Assembly (NCBI GenBank): GCA_022813965.1
Contig: JALDZS010000217.1
Coordinates: forward strand, 1 to 36,921
Direction of reading: 5' to 3'
Length of the DNA stretch: 36,921 bases
Origin: Toensbergia leucococca
Taxonomy: Eukaryota
Shown here: positions 13,088-25,054 of the stretch, piece after piece
Layout of the letters: the number at the start of each line of letters is the position of its first letter
Numbering within the stretch: the first letter of the stretch is position 1
The notes under the pieces: model-generated
Seen by the model: the letters and a program-made list of their open reading frames with translations, nothing else
The model's database searches: none
Told to the model about the DNA's origin: nothing
Made by a program: the position numbers and the translations under genes

Positions 13088-14324
13088 ATGGCCAATGGTG
13101 ACACGTCCAGGTATATCTCATCTGTCCTACCTCAGACCTCAGATCTGCTGTTCTAATTCCGTCAGTATCTACAACACTCCGTTATTTACCATCCTCGCTG
13201 GTCCCACCCGCACTCCCTTTCAAGTTCATAGCGGCCTCCTCAAGAAACATAAAAGACTCTGCGCTGTGATTGAAGGTACCTGGAAAGAGAGCTCCGATAA
13301 GCAGATAGTGTGGGAAGAATGGGACGAGGACATTGTGGAGAATTTGGTGGATTGGATATACAAAGGAGACTATACCTTTGAATTCCCAGAGCTCACTCCA
13401 CGATCTCAAGAGGATACAGCTGGGCAAATGCCTATCGATTCCGTCAAGAGGACAGCAGTGGAGGGGGAAACTTTGCTAATGCTATCCTCCATCACTCTAA
13501 ACGCAGATGATGAGATTGCCATTGAAAATGTGTTCCCGCATCATCATTTCGCGGATCACTTGGGCGGTTTGTCAAAGTCTTTTGCTTTGCCTCATCCGCC
13601 TCCAGCTACTTCCCAGGTAACCATATTCGAAAATTGGACCCGGAATCTTAAAGATCTTCCACCCTTCTGGATAGACTTTATCCCACCTTTCCTTACACAC
13701 GCCAAGATGTATGTCATAGCGAACTATCTATTGCTCCCGGAACTCAAGAGCCTGGCCTTGGACCGGTTGCGAATATTATTGCAATGGGTTGACCAGAAAA
13801 CGCTGACAGGGTCTGAGCTGGCGTCTGAAGTGTTGGAGCTCATGAGGTATATCTATGATAACACGGATCAACTAGTCAGTGAATTGGAGCCCCTGAGGAA
13901 TGTGATTGTGACATTCGTGGCGGTACAATTCACTTGCTTTGAAGGAACCGAGTTCACAGAGATGATGGAAAAGGGCGGCGATCTTGCGGTAGACTTATCC
14001 ACCAGGGTCGGACAGATCACGGACTGGTTCTATCAAGAGGCCGGAAAGCTGACGCAAGAGAACGAAAGCTTAGCGTCACAACTGAGCTCTGCCAAGGCGA
14101 CAAATGACGAATACTCTGACAAAATTCAAGATATGAGTTTAGAGCTGGCGTATGCAAGGGAGAGAATGGAGAGGCTCGAAGACAGCGAAACTCGTCTGGA
14201 GATCGAGAAGGAGATGCTGCAGGATAAAGTTATGCGCCTGAAGAGGGAGAGGAATACGGCGCGAGAGCTGATTCAGCGGCAGAGCGAGGAGCTGCATAAA
14301 GGCTCGAAGCGAGCGGGAGGATGA
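13088..14324 (+). CDS. BTB/POZ-domain protein with C-terminal coiled coil (paralogue 1)
   Basis: 23-nt first exon, intron 13111-13165; FTILAGP..FQVH, GTWKES, DWIYKGDY, HAKMYVIANYLLLPELK, EPLR, GGDLAVDL; E/K/R/L heptad tail. Confidence 0.85.
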
Positions 14325-14689
14325 GTCTGGTACGAAGCCATGACGAATTAGAGTGGGTGAATAGTAAGGCTCATCCTAGCCGGGGAAACTCTGATATCAA
14401 AACGAATCCCAATTGCCCTAGCCAAAACGCTCTTTATAGAAGAGCACAAACTCACAAGCCTAAAACATAACAGATAAATACAACTGTCAAAGATTGAATC
14501 CCCTCCCTACCCTAGGTGCAAACACAAAACCCACCTATAATAAATCAACCAAAACGCACAATTCACAACCCAATAAAAATTGTCAAAGATCAAACTACCT
14601 AAAAGAACCAAATTAATCCACACCCAAGAAAAAGAAAAGCAGATGCTCCCAGCCTCCATCCAACTGACTTACCCACCCGCTACACCCTT

Positions 14690-14880
14690 TCAAATCCACC
14701 TCAGGTCCTGCTCTCTCTCAACGATCCACAAACCCAGTCAACAACTCCACCCCAACCCTCCCAAAGCCGCCACATCAAACAACAAATCATCTTCACCCCT
14801 ACTCAAAAATGCCTCGTCATCATCCTTCTTCCCCATCCCATGACCGTCATGAACAGAACCCTGAGTCTTCTTACCTATAT
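14690..14880 (-). pseudogene. Possible 3' remnant of an unidentified gene
   Basis: Minus frame reads ...AFLSRGEDDLLFDVAALGGLGWSC*LGLWIVEREQDLRWI*; protein-like, with an internal stop and no upstream exons. Confidence 0.25.
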
Positions 14881-14899
14881 TTTGATTCACATTTCAATA

Positions 14900-15450
14900 T
14901 CTCTACCTCTTCATTTATCCCTTCTTAGTAAGAATGCGTAGAAGTTCAGTCAGTTAGTGAGGATGAGTCAAGAAGATCAGTGAAAATATATACGTACGTG
15001 GAGACTTCTGGTCACGGGTAGGAAGGTAAGATACTAATAAGTATTCTTTAGATTCGCAAAGAAATCACAGCCTCAGTCTCAAAAGTGTTGATTTAGATTA
15101 TCATGTTCTTATACTTGAGTCATATGCTTGTAAAACTGAATAGATCTTATAGCTCCTAATATTCTAACACCCCCTTTCAATACATCAATCACTCCCCCCC
15201 TCAGCCAAATCCCTGGGCGCAAAACAGCATAGAGAACATCATCATTTTCACATCACATATGCACTCAGTTCTCTACCTATTTCACACATTGTGTAGTCCT
15301 TCTATTCACATGTCATCTAGAAGCAATATATTTAGGGAAAAAAGCATGCATTCGTATCATATCTTGACTCAATTCTCTAGATGAGCATGTCTCCACACCT
15401 ACCTAGGGATTTGATATTTAACAACTCAGTAATTTAGACTTATTCTCAAA
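14900..15450 (-). mobile_element. Degraded LTR-retroelement fragment
   Basis: AT-rich; the minus strand shows a polypurine tract AAAGGGGG (15170-15177) directly followed by TGTTAG (from 15169), the PPT/3'-LTR arrangement. Confidence 0.35.
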
Positions 15451-15635
15451 TTTTCTTTGTCATATCCCTCTCGCTTTTCCAACACTCTCACCCCCGTCCT
15501 CATCATCCAAAAAAAAACACCAAAAATTAACATGTAACACCCGCAAACCTTTCTCCCAACCATTTCAAAGTCCTCACAATTCGAAAATTCAAGTTACAGG
15601 TGAAGAAAGACTCCAGACGTCTCATCTCAATCTAA

Positions 15636-16714
15636 TCAACGCCATGCCAACTCAGCTAGGAGTTGATCTTCTCGCGCCCTCATCTCCTGCCTCTGTTTGC
15701 AAAGCTCTAGAGCCTCACTTCGCATGTCCTTCAGATGGTGTACCAATTGGTCCCTATCCAAGCGCAGCTTTCTGTTCTCCTCTTTCAGAACAGAAGTCTG
15801 ATCCTGAAACTCTAAAAGTCCAGGCGTGATTTTGGCAAGAAGGTCCGCTGCCAAATCTCCGCCTTCGCCCAGGAGTAGCTGCAAGTCCCTTTCGATAAGA
15901 ATCTTCGGGTTTGATGCCGCAAAATTGCTGACTAGTTTCCTTAAAGGTTCTTCTTGATCTGTGCGGTTGTGGGTGTTCGCATAGGTAAATTGAAGTAACG
16001 AGATCAAATTCGAAAGGAGCCGAGTTCTAGGCGCAACAAACCCAACGAAGATCAACGTTCTCTGCAGACGGTATAGAGCCAATCTTCTCAAGTCCGGGAG
16101 GAGGAGGTAGTCCGCTAGAGCGTATAGCTCGGCATGAACAAGGCACGGCACTCGGTAGTCATACTCGTGAGGACTCTTGACGCAAGAACGAGCCCACTGT
16201 TCAAAAGCCTCGGAGCCGGACAACTTGATCGGGGGAGTGAAGCCGTCTTCTTCGGGTTTGGAATCAAGCTAAGTAATATTAGTGATTGGGTTGCTAGGTT
16301 AAGCCTGTAGTAGTGCTTACCATAGATGCTGTGCTCGCCGTGTCCGACAGTTCATCTTGACCTAGATTTTCACTTTCAACAGGCTCCGTGTCGTCTTTTC
16401 CATGCTTCTCAACCGGCGTAGGGAACGGACAAGAGTAGTCTTCAGTGTAGAGCCATCCCAAGTACCGCCCAACGGTCTCCTCGCTCCATTGCGTCCATTC
16501 GATTTCCTGCTCTTGGGTCTCTCTCCACGGGCCTTGGACAAGAGCCCTCATCTTGAGAGATTGACATAAGAGGCTCGTATCAACCATCAGGTGCTTCTGA
16601 TTCGGGCCAGCGATGATTTTGAAAAGCGAGGGCGTGAAGGTGCTGTTATAAAATCAGACAATATTCAAGGGGCCAAGAATGTCGCTTTTACCTCAAAGGG
16701 TCTGTGGTAGCCAT
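15636..16714 (-). CDS. BTB/POZ-domain protein with C-terminal coiled coil (paralogue 2), 3 exons
   Basis: 23-nt first exon; introns 16643-16691 and 16269-16320 restore one frame; FKIIAGP, GPWRET, GWLYTEDY, HAELYALADYLLLPDLR, EPLR, GGDLAADL. Confidence 0.85.
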
Positions 16715-17676
16715 CCCTTTGGCCGATAACTTTCTGTATCAGGATTGAGTTTGCGTGGAGATGGAATTGATATTTGTGTATGAGAAATATCAGAAGCGCG
16801 GGTAGGTTGTGACATTTTATATAAATGCTCTGAAGAGTTGTTGAGACTGAAGCGTTAACACGATGTGTTGTATATATAGCGTTATTATAGGAAATCTTGT
16901 ACAACGTGTTGTATGGATGGTGCTGCATATGGGCGGTTGCGTATAAGGTGTTGTCACTCATGGACCTGACATGGCGCTCTGTTCATATACTAATTCTTTA
17001 GTAACATTCAAGTGTTTCGTAATTCTGCGCTGGGTGGTTCCAGTCTGTTTTTGAAATCGGAGATGTAGACTTCTTTCCTGCACTTTCCTCACACATGCCA
17101 AAGACTGCTTAGAATATTTCTTTGCTGTAACAAATATAGTAAGACGAGATGAAATATATATAGGTGGTGATAGAATTTGGGATCTGAAAGTAACGAAGAT
17201 AATGCAAGCTTCCGAGATACATGAGCACGAAGGAAAAGAATATTGTTTGAAGTAGCCATCAAGGCAAGGTGAGATGGGCAACCTGCTTCTAGCAAACAGA
17301 GGACATCAAACACACCAAAGCAGCACAAAGCGGACATCTTTGATTGACCATGAATTTCAACAATCAAGGTAGGGCATACTTTTGCTCATGACCCACCTTT
17401 GCAACTGAGCCTTATTTCACAGGGAAGCATGCACCTTATTAGTGGTCTGATCGACGACATTAATACCTTGACTGTCATTCCAGATGAGATTAGACGGACC
17501 ATCTTACCTTCCTTCTGGAAGATACACAATATCAAGATCAGGTTCTCGAGGCGCATGACAACAGTTGAATCGCATTGCCGAAGGGCGTGACAAATCAATT
17601 TCACTGATAGAGTCCTAGCGTGAACAGGTAGCGTATCAGGTCTTTCAAATTAGTGACGTTTGTTATTGAATGTAAA

Positions 17677-19130
17677 TTAGGGGCTAAAGTCGAGAAACTC
17701 AGATGAATCTCGAGATAAACTCTTCGCGCCTGTGTAATCAAGTACTGGCTTGGGATTTATGAGCTCTCCTTTCAGCTCGGTGTGAGGAGCCAAAAGATAT
17801 TGAGATCTCGTATAAAGTTTGCGAACGTTCATATTGTCTTCCCCCTCCTTGGCGGCAACGAATTGGTATCTGTACTTTAGACTACAGTCAAGCGCACGTA
17901 CTCCCTCAGCCGCAGTCGGCGGAGTTGATTGGTGCGGGATCATAAGCTCTTCAATCTCCCTCTGTGTAGGTCGACGCCAGTGGCCCACAGCAAGATCTGC
18001 GTAGTCGTTCTCGAATTTCATAATGACCTTCTGCATATCTTGCACAGTTGTTATCAAATGTTCTGCGTCAAGTACTGATATTTCTTGACTTTGGAGCTCC
18101 TAAAATTATCTCGTTATCAGCCGATACTCATGGCAGGCAGTAATGGAATTCGATTGATCAGATTTGCAGGTACTGAGAGTGTTGAGACTTCTCTCTGCCT
18201 TGATCAAAACCCTAACCACCCATTTGAACACTTCAAAAAGAGGTGCTTTTGACAGTCCGAGTCTTGTCTCTGAAAAAGTTGCCGTGATATAGTCTCTAGG
18301 ATTACTAGCAATCCGTGTCCGAAAAAAAGCCAACAATTCGGTATAGTCAATATTCTTTGCTGGCTGAGTCACAACCAACGCGATGGGTATTGCCAAATTC
18401 TCGGGATCCAAGAAAATTTCTCCAGCTGTGAAGTGTAATAACGAAGTAAGCAAATGCTATAATTGTAAGGGTACATAAACCAAAATGGCCCAACGAACAT
18501 TGTAATCACCACACAGTAGGATAGCCTTGAAGCCAGCGCATCGAACTTCTTGGATGATCCACACTCAATTCCAGTATGGGCCTGCTGACAATTTTGTAAG
18601 TGCTGTCCAATGTTAATTGTAGTCTTTGTTGTGGTAAAGACGCTAGTATTCCTCATTCCGTGTTGTCTTATATTCTGTATTATCGTGTGGGTACTCCTCT
18701 TGGCTGACGTGCTCTGCATGTTGCTGCAACTCTATCGCCAAAGGATGGTCTTCCTAGACATTGCCTAGCGCATTAAAGGTTCTTTGGCCTGCCTGTAGAC
18801 CCTTGGTACGTGGGAGACCTGGGAATCTACTTCCTCCACATCACTCTGGTTGATACACGAGAAAACAACCCACATATCTATGCTTTCATTTCGATGGCGC
18901 ACGGTTCGAAGAGCTGCAAAAAGATTGGATGGAATAGGTACGCTCTTACGGCCCAAGTAGATATCATTATTATCAACCGACTCGCCCAAAATGTAGGAGA
19001 GGGCTGAGCAATCTGGCGGAAGTGGATTCGAACATATCCAAAGCTCGCATTGAATGTCGTCTCCGGGATTACTGCTGGGGTGTAGATATATGAGTCGAGT
19101 CTCCCTTGATTCTGGATTTAGAGGATATTC
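17677..19130 (-). pseudogene. Decayed HET-domain (heterokaryon incompatibility) gene
   Basis: 18765-19130 reads YPLNP..ETRLIYLHP..DDIQCEL..ALSYILG..SNLFAALRTVR..MWVVFSCINQSDVEEVDSQVSHVPRVYRQA. This is the HET signature with degenerate residues, an apparent frameshift near 19105 and a stop at 18765. Downstream ORF fragments are in shifting frames; 3' limit uncertain. Confidence 0.78.
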
Positions 19131-19302
19131 GCGGCGCCAAGATATCTTACAACAGCTCGATGAGCTAAACCAGGCTCATCAGGTGTAAGATTGATGGATA
19201 GTGCATTCGCAAATTCAAGAATTCGTAGAGTAGGACTACAAATTCAAATATCATGAAAAGACGCGTTGGATTTAAGGTTCACTAGGGCATACACGAGACA
19301 CG

Positions 19303-19326
19303 CACGTACACGTACACGTACACGTA
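19303..19326. repeat. (CACGTA)4 tandem repeat in the HET/dynamin divergent intergenic region
   Basis: Four exact copies, degenerate copies at 19292-19302, and one more copy at 19381. Confidence 0.8.
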
Positions 19327-19565
19327 GAATAGAGTACAGGAAAAATAACCTCGCTAACATGACTTAGTACGGTACTGAAACACGTACCAATACCCACATT
19401 TTCAAATATCAACCTTGACCTCAACCTCAGCCTCAACTCTCCCGCCAAACAACAGACTCCATGAGACTTGACCCAGAATCTTCGTCATCTTTCTTTGTAG
19501 AGAATCTGTGATTGTCCCAGTTCGCGTTGTCGTCTTATTCTCAACCGAGATAATCCCGATAGAAT

Positions 19566-22104
19566 ATGGCATTCGACGACTTTGACCAACATCGACTGGC
19601 GCAGCTCCACAGCACCGACCAGGCCAAATTGCTGGATGAGATTGATAAGCTACGTTCACAAGGCATCAGCCATTATGTCTCCCTTCCACAACTCATCGTC
19701 TGTGGCGACCAGTCCTCCGGCAAAAGCTCAGTCCTCGAAGCAATCTCTGGCATTTCCTTCCCCACAAAAGACAACCTTTGCACACGCTTTGCCACCGAAG
19801 TGATTCTACGAAGGACTCCGACTACCAATGTCTCCGTCGCCATTGTTCCAAGCCAGACAAGACCCAAAGAAGAATGCAATCGACTCCTGCTTTTTGGGGG
19901 AACATTAACCGACTTCAACCAACTCCCTTCGCTAATTGACAAGGCCAAGGAAGCTATGGGAATCTCGACAACCGGAAACGCCTTCTCCAACGATGTCCTC
20001 CGTATCGAGGTCTCGGGTCCTAATCGCCCTCATCTCACCATAGTCGACCTACCCGGGTTGATCCACTCGGAGAATAAGCTACAATCTGCTGCTGATGTTG
20101 CGATAGTCCTTGGTATGATCCGAACCTACATGAAGAACAGGCGGAGCATAATCCTAGCCATTGTTTCCGCTAAGAACGACTACGCCAATCAAATTGTTCT
20201 CAAGCTGGCCAAAGAGATGGATCCAAACGGACTACGGACGCTAGGAGTGGTAACAAAGCCTGACACTCTATACGTTGGGTCGGAAAGTGAAATCGATTTC
20301 GCCAATCTCGCGAGAAACGAAGACATTGAGTTTCGGTTAGGTTGGCATGTACTACGCAATCGAGATTACGGTGCAAGAGACTCCTCTACCGAAGCACGCG
20401 ATCTCGCTGAGCAAGCGTTCTTTTCGCAGGGTATCTGGAAGGAGTTTCCATCTCACATGGTGGGTATAAATTCTCTGAGAACCCGCTTGAGCACGGTACT
20501 CCTCGAACAGATTAGAACAGAACTTCCAAGCTTGGTGGAAGAGATAGAAAGTAGCATCCAGGATTGTCGCACAAGATTGGACAAATTAGGAATTAGTCGA
20601 GGTACTCTGGATGAGCAGAGAATATTCCTTCTAAGAATTAGCCAGGCTTTTCAGTCGCTCGCCAAGGCCGCCATTAATGGACTCTACAGTGATTCTTTTT
20701 TTGGAGACCCTCGTTCTTTTGAAGGCTATTGTAAACGCCTCCGCGCCGTCGTTCAAAACCTTAGCCTAGATTTTGCAGAGACGATGCGAACCAAAGGACA
20801 TCGTCGTGAAATTGTCGCTGTAGTCCTTAAAGGCAATCCGAAGCAGATAGCTGCGAGTATCAACACACCAAAGAAGATTGCGCGATCCGAATATGTCGAC
20901 GAGATCCGAGACTTGTTAAAGAGGACTAGAGGCAGAGAACTTCCCGGCATGTTCAATCCTCTTATCGTCGGCGATCTCTTCTGGGAACAGTCACAACCAT
21001 GGGAAGGATTGGCTCGACAGCACCTCCGAGATACTTGGGATGCCACTAAAACTTTCTTGGAGCTCACCCTATCGCACCTCACCGATGAAGTCACATCCGA
21101 AGCGCTTCTTCGAGAGTTGATTGACCCGCTCATGAAAAAAAAATTCCAACTGCTTGAAGAGAAACTTACTGAGATATTAGCACCATACCAGAAAGGACAT
21201 CCAATTACTTACAATCATTACTTTACAGAGACCATCCAGAACGTCCGAGAGAAACGTCGTGTCGCTGATATGAAGAGTCGTCTGAAAGGGTTTTTTGGAT
21301 ATAAAGAATCGGAGACTATGAAGCAAGAAATTCGGGGAGAAAGTATCAATGTTGAAAGCCTACTATCAGCACTTACATCACAGAATGAGTTGGATATGGA
21401 TAGATACGCGTGCTCCGAGATCTTAGATTGCATGGAAGCGTATTACAAGGTGACGATGAAGACTGTGGTTGATAATGTTGCCACGCAGACGGTCGAGGGT
21501 TGTCTAATGAACAATCTCGAAGACCTGATATCGCCTACTGCAATAATGAACATGGAACCAGGCTTAGTCAGCGGTATCGCAGCGGAGTCTTCCAGCAACC
21601 AAATGGATCGAGAGCAGCTGTCTCGTAAGCTGACCGTTCTAGAACTTGGTCTAGAGACTTGCCAGCGATATGTCACTCGTAATGCCTCAATTCGGCGTAT
21701 GCAACCACCTGCAGCGGTTCAAGAAACACCCAGATACAATGGTGGGAAACCACATATTGATAGAGAAGAATCGTCTGAGTCTGTATCGGAAGACGACTCT
21801 GCAAAGACGGTATGGCACCCCCCCTCAAACGCTGGGGATCGTTACTGAAAAACTCGGAAAGGTCAGCACAAGTAATAGTGCAGCTACAGGCTTTTCGTTC
21901 AGTGCTAAAAAAACTCCATCACAACCGTTTGCTTTCAGTCAGGGTACCAATAGCTCCCCCTCAACCCCGTTTGCCCCAGGGGTAGTTTCTTCTAATATAT
22001 TCGCCGACCTTCTTTCGCCAGCTCCCACGGGCCCAGTAGTTGATTTCACAAAGCCAGAAAGATCGTTCAAAAGACAAGCACAAGCAAATACTGCGTCGAG
22101 GTAG
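19566..22104 (+). CDS. Dynamin-superfamily GTPase, fungal Mx-like type; ~828 aa if the 3' intron is spliced, 760 aa if retained
   Basis: G1 GDQSSGKSS, G2 CTRF, G3 DLPG, G4 TKPD, LGWHVLRNR, RGRELPG, HPITYNHY, GED-like helices; candidate phase-0 intron 21810-21861 (GTATGG...CTGAA...AAG). Confidence 0.93.
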
Positions 22105-22354
22105 CCTTGAGGGAATAGACATAGAAATAGACCGTTAGTGAGCGCCATCCTCGTTGAAGTGAAACTCAACTCAATCATGATAACGTCTGTGTTGATTATA
22201 TGTAAGACTAGAGTTCTTATGACCGGTTTCTCATCTCAGAACTGAATCGAGACATGCCTCATATCTCAGTGTCATCTTATATCCCAATTCATGCAGTATA
22301 ACATACCTACTTCAGGCTATCAGTCATAGCTGCTAGTACCCTCACGAGCACTCT

Positions 22355-23832
22355 CTACTGAGCAGCCAGGCGCCCTTTCGCGATTTCCGCAGCACTTCTT
22401 TCTATACTCGCAGTCACAACGTCAAGCAGCGTTGTCCCACTCGTATTTCTCACAACCACACTCGCACCAGCTTTGAGAGGCATCTTCGGGACTAAGATCT
22501 GTTATTCCCTCAGCGCAACATGCAGCGGCGTCCACCCCTCAGGCGCCGTCTGAGCCCCAAGCTGAACCCGTTGCTCCAGCAGCATTTGCGCAATCTGCCA
22601 ATTCTTGGACGCAGCTGCTAGATGAGCTGGGGTTCAATTGCCGCTGAAGATGACATTGCGGTCTGAACCAGCGTCCAAGAGCAGTTGGACGCACTCTCGT
22701 TTATCACTGATGATCACATAGCGAAGAGGTGTCCAGGTGGTTCATCCCCTGCCATCAGCGTTGCAGCCTTTGCCAAGCAAGTAGACCATCTCATCCACGC
22801 TTCCTCATTGCGCTATATTATGTACCGGGCTTCAGCCATGTGAATAGACTAAATTCACGTTGGCGCCACCCTCAATGAGTGCTTGCATTGTTGGAAGAGG
22901 GTAGGAACCTGATCTGCTGGCAAGGAGAGGCGGTGTTCCGCTGAACCCGGACTCGTCGTTCGGATTGGCGCCACCTGCGATAAGCTCCTTTACACCTTCG
23001 GGCTTTCGTTCTTAGGCAGCGACCATGATGGGTGTATAATCGGCGTTGTTGCGGACATGGACATTTGCACCGCGCTCCAAAAGAAGTCAGATGCATTCTG
23101 CACGACCATATTCCACGGCCAAGGACAAGGAAGTGTCTTTGTTCATTTGTTGGTCCTTTACTTCAATGTCTGGTGCTTGAGTCAGCAGACAGCGGAGTAT
23201 GTCAGTCTCACCCCTTGCTGCGGTGGTATGTAGTGGAGTCCACCCTCGAGAGTTGGAACCGAGGATAGATTCTCCTTGATGCATGAGCTTCTCTACAACT
23301 GATACGTCTCCACTTCGGACAGCGACGTAGAGCTCGAAATCCCCATCTTGGCGAGGTAGGGTTGGTGGAAGGCTCTCTCCCCTTTGCGTATGAAAATTAT
23401 ATTGCAACTGGTTTCCCAAGTCGTCATCTTGAGTACTGCTTTGGTGGCGTAGAAGAACGGATCGTTTGACCTCTGAAAGCTGACTTCGGCTAGGGATGCT
23501 TGTTACACATAAGACAGCACCCTCAAATTCGTCGTGTCGATGTACAGTTGCCTACTCGACGATCAACCCAGACCTTGCCCGTTCTCCGTTGAGCGTATCG
23601 TGGGATGGATTCAAATTAAGCACCTAACCTCGGCTAGCTTCGACGGCAGCCTCGAGGCTTGGATGGTTGTTTCATCCTCATTCAGCATGATCTCTTATTG
23701 CATGGACCGATCCCCTATACAATCAACCTCGAGATTGAACACACGCTTTCCCATGCGGTTGTAAGTCTTCACTATCTTCACAAGCTTGACAGAATACCAT
23801 TCACCGCGGATTCCGCGGGCTTCCCAAGCCAT
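22355..23832 (-). pseudogene. Ankyrin-repeat protein pseudogene (~9 repeats, unidentified N-terminal region)
   Basis: A single frame 22355-23419 has GWTPLH, LLLERGANV, LIAGGANPN, LLLDAGSD and a second GWTPLH, interrupted by seven stops (23087, 23012, 22832, 22805, 22742, 22634, 22502); 5' start tentative. Confidence 0.88.
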
Positions 23833-23929
23833 AGGATCGGTGATCACCTCACCCCTTCAAGGCCGTGCAGGTATGACGGAGCCCAGCAAGAGTGAATTCT
23901 CATTCAACGGGTACCATAAAAGCTTATGA

Positions 23930-24900
23930 TTTGAGTGACATGATCTTTCTGTGACGGGTAAAATTTCTGCATACTCTTCTCATGAGTCATTTTACATTGT
24001 CATTTCAAGCTTAGAACAGAAAAGAAAGCTCTGACAGAATTGAAATCTTAATCAGATGTCTGAGATTGATAGTTCACATACATTATCTTTTCTCATAATT
24101 CTTAAGTAAAGATACATGTTCTTGAATTGACTAGAGTCTTTACTTGTCAAAGATTGAAGATGAGTCACAAGTTCTTTAAAGTTAAAGGTTGAAGTAACAG
24201 TAATGATTAAGGTATAACTCATGAGCTTAAGTTCTTAAAAGGTTCAGACATTAGTTGCTCATTGCTTACAGATGAAGGCTACAGCAATGTTGACTGAATC
24301 TTTGATGTGAAGTTGCAAGGTTAAGACATTAACAATATAATAATAGCATCAGCATGAAAATAAAAAGATAAAAGATTGTTGATAATGTTAATTGTGAGCA
24401 TCTTATCCTTAAGACTCACCTTTGAGGCACTTTCTTTAGAAATCACATATACATTGATTCATACTCATTTCACCTTGATTTGCCTTGAAAATTGCCTTAT
24501 TCTTCTATTACATTTACGTAAGCAATAGTAAGATGAAATAAATGTAAAAACATAAAGTTACATAAAGAAAGATAATAATTTTACATCACTTTTACTCTTA
24601 AAATTCTCAATCTCTATTAATGTATAACTTACTCTTCTATTCATTTGTTAAAAAGTAAGATAAGTAAGAGAAAATAACAATGCTGCTGCACTACATTCTG
24701 TCCTAATTCTTATTATTTACCCTTAGGCAAGTATATATAAAAAATCATAAAATCATGAGATTACATCACCTGTTAACTTAATTGTCAATTACTTTTGCAT
24801 ACTATCTACCTTCTTTATTTAAGTGCTATCTAATCTTGTGAATGTTTGTCTTTTATGACTTTGAAACAAGGCAGATAATTGCTTGCAAAGTCATGATGTT
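23930..24900. mobile_element. RIP-degraded repeat relic
   Basis: About 1 kb, AT-rich, CpG-depleted and TpA-rich, with no ORF of 60 aa or more. Confidence 0.6.
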
Positions 24901-25054
24901 TTTTGCGTCAGGCCTCACCACTGCCTAAGCAGGTAAGGTGAGAAGGGGGGTATCCATACTTCATGAGTCTTATTAAGTATGAAGAAAACGTCTCTTTGTG
25001 ATTTAATTTTTCTGCTGATTGGTAGCTTATACTCCAGATCTTCCTGCATTCATC

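Noticed and set aside
16223..16330. Frameshift or pseudogene in BTB paralogue 2
   Set aside because: A canonical intron (GTAAGC...CTAAT...TAG, 16269-16320) removes the stop and restores the frame.
19673..21676. Antisense ORFs within the dynamin (and similar ones in ALDH and NCS1)
   Set aside because: Shadow frames of real coding sequence with no independent features.
22355..23419. UGA=Trp recoding or RNA-editing rescue of the ankyrin gene
   Set aside because: Two of the stops are TAA, several TGAs are not at Trp positions, and neighbouring genes end in TGA and use TGG for Trp.
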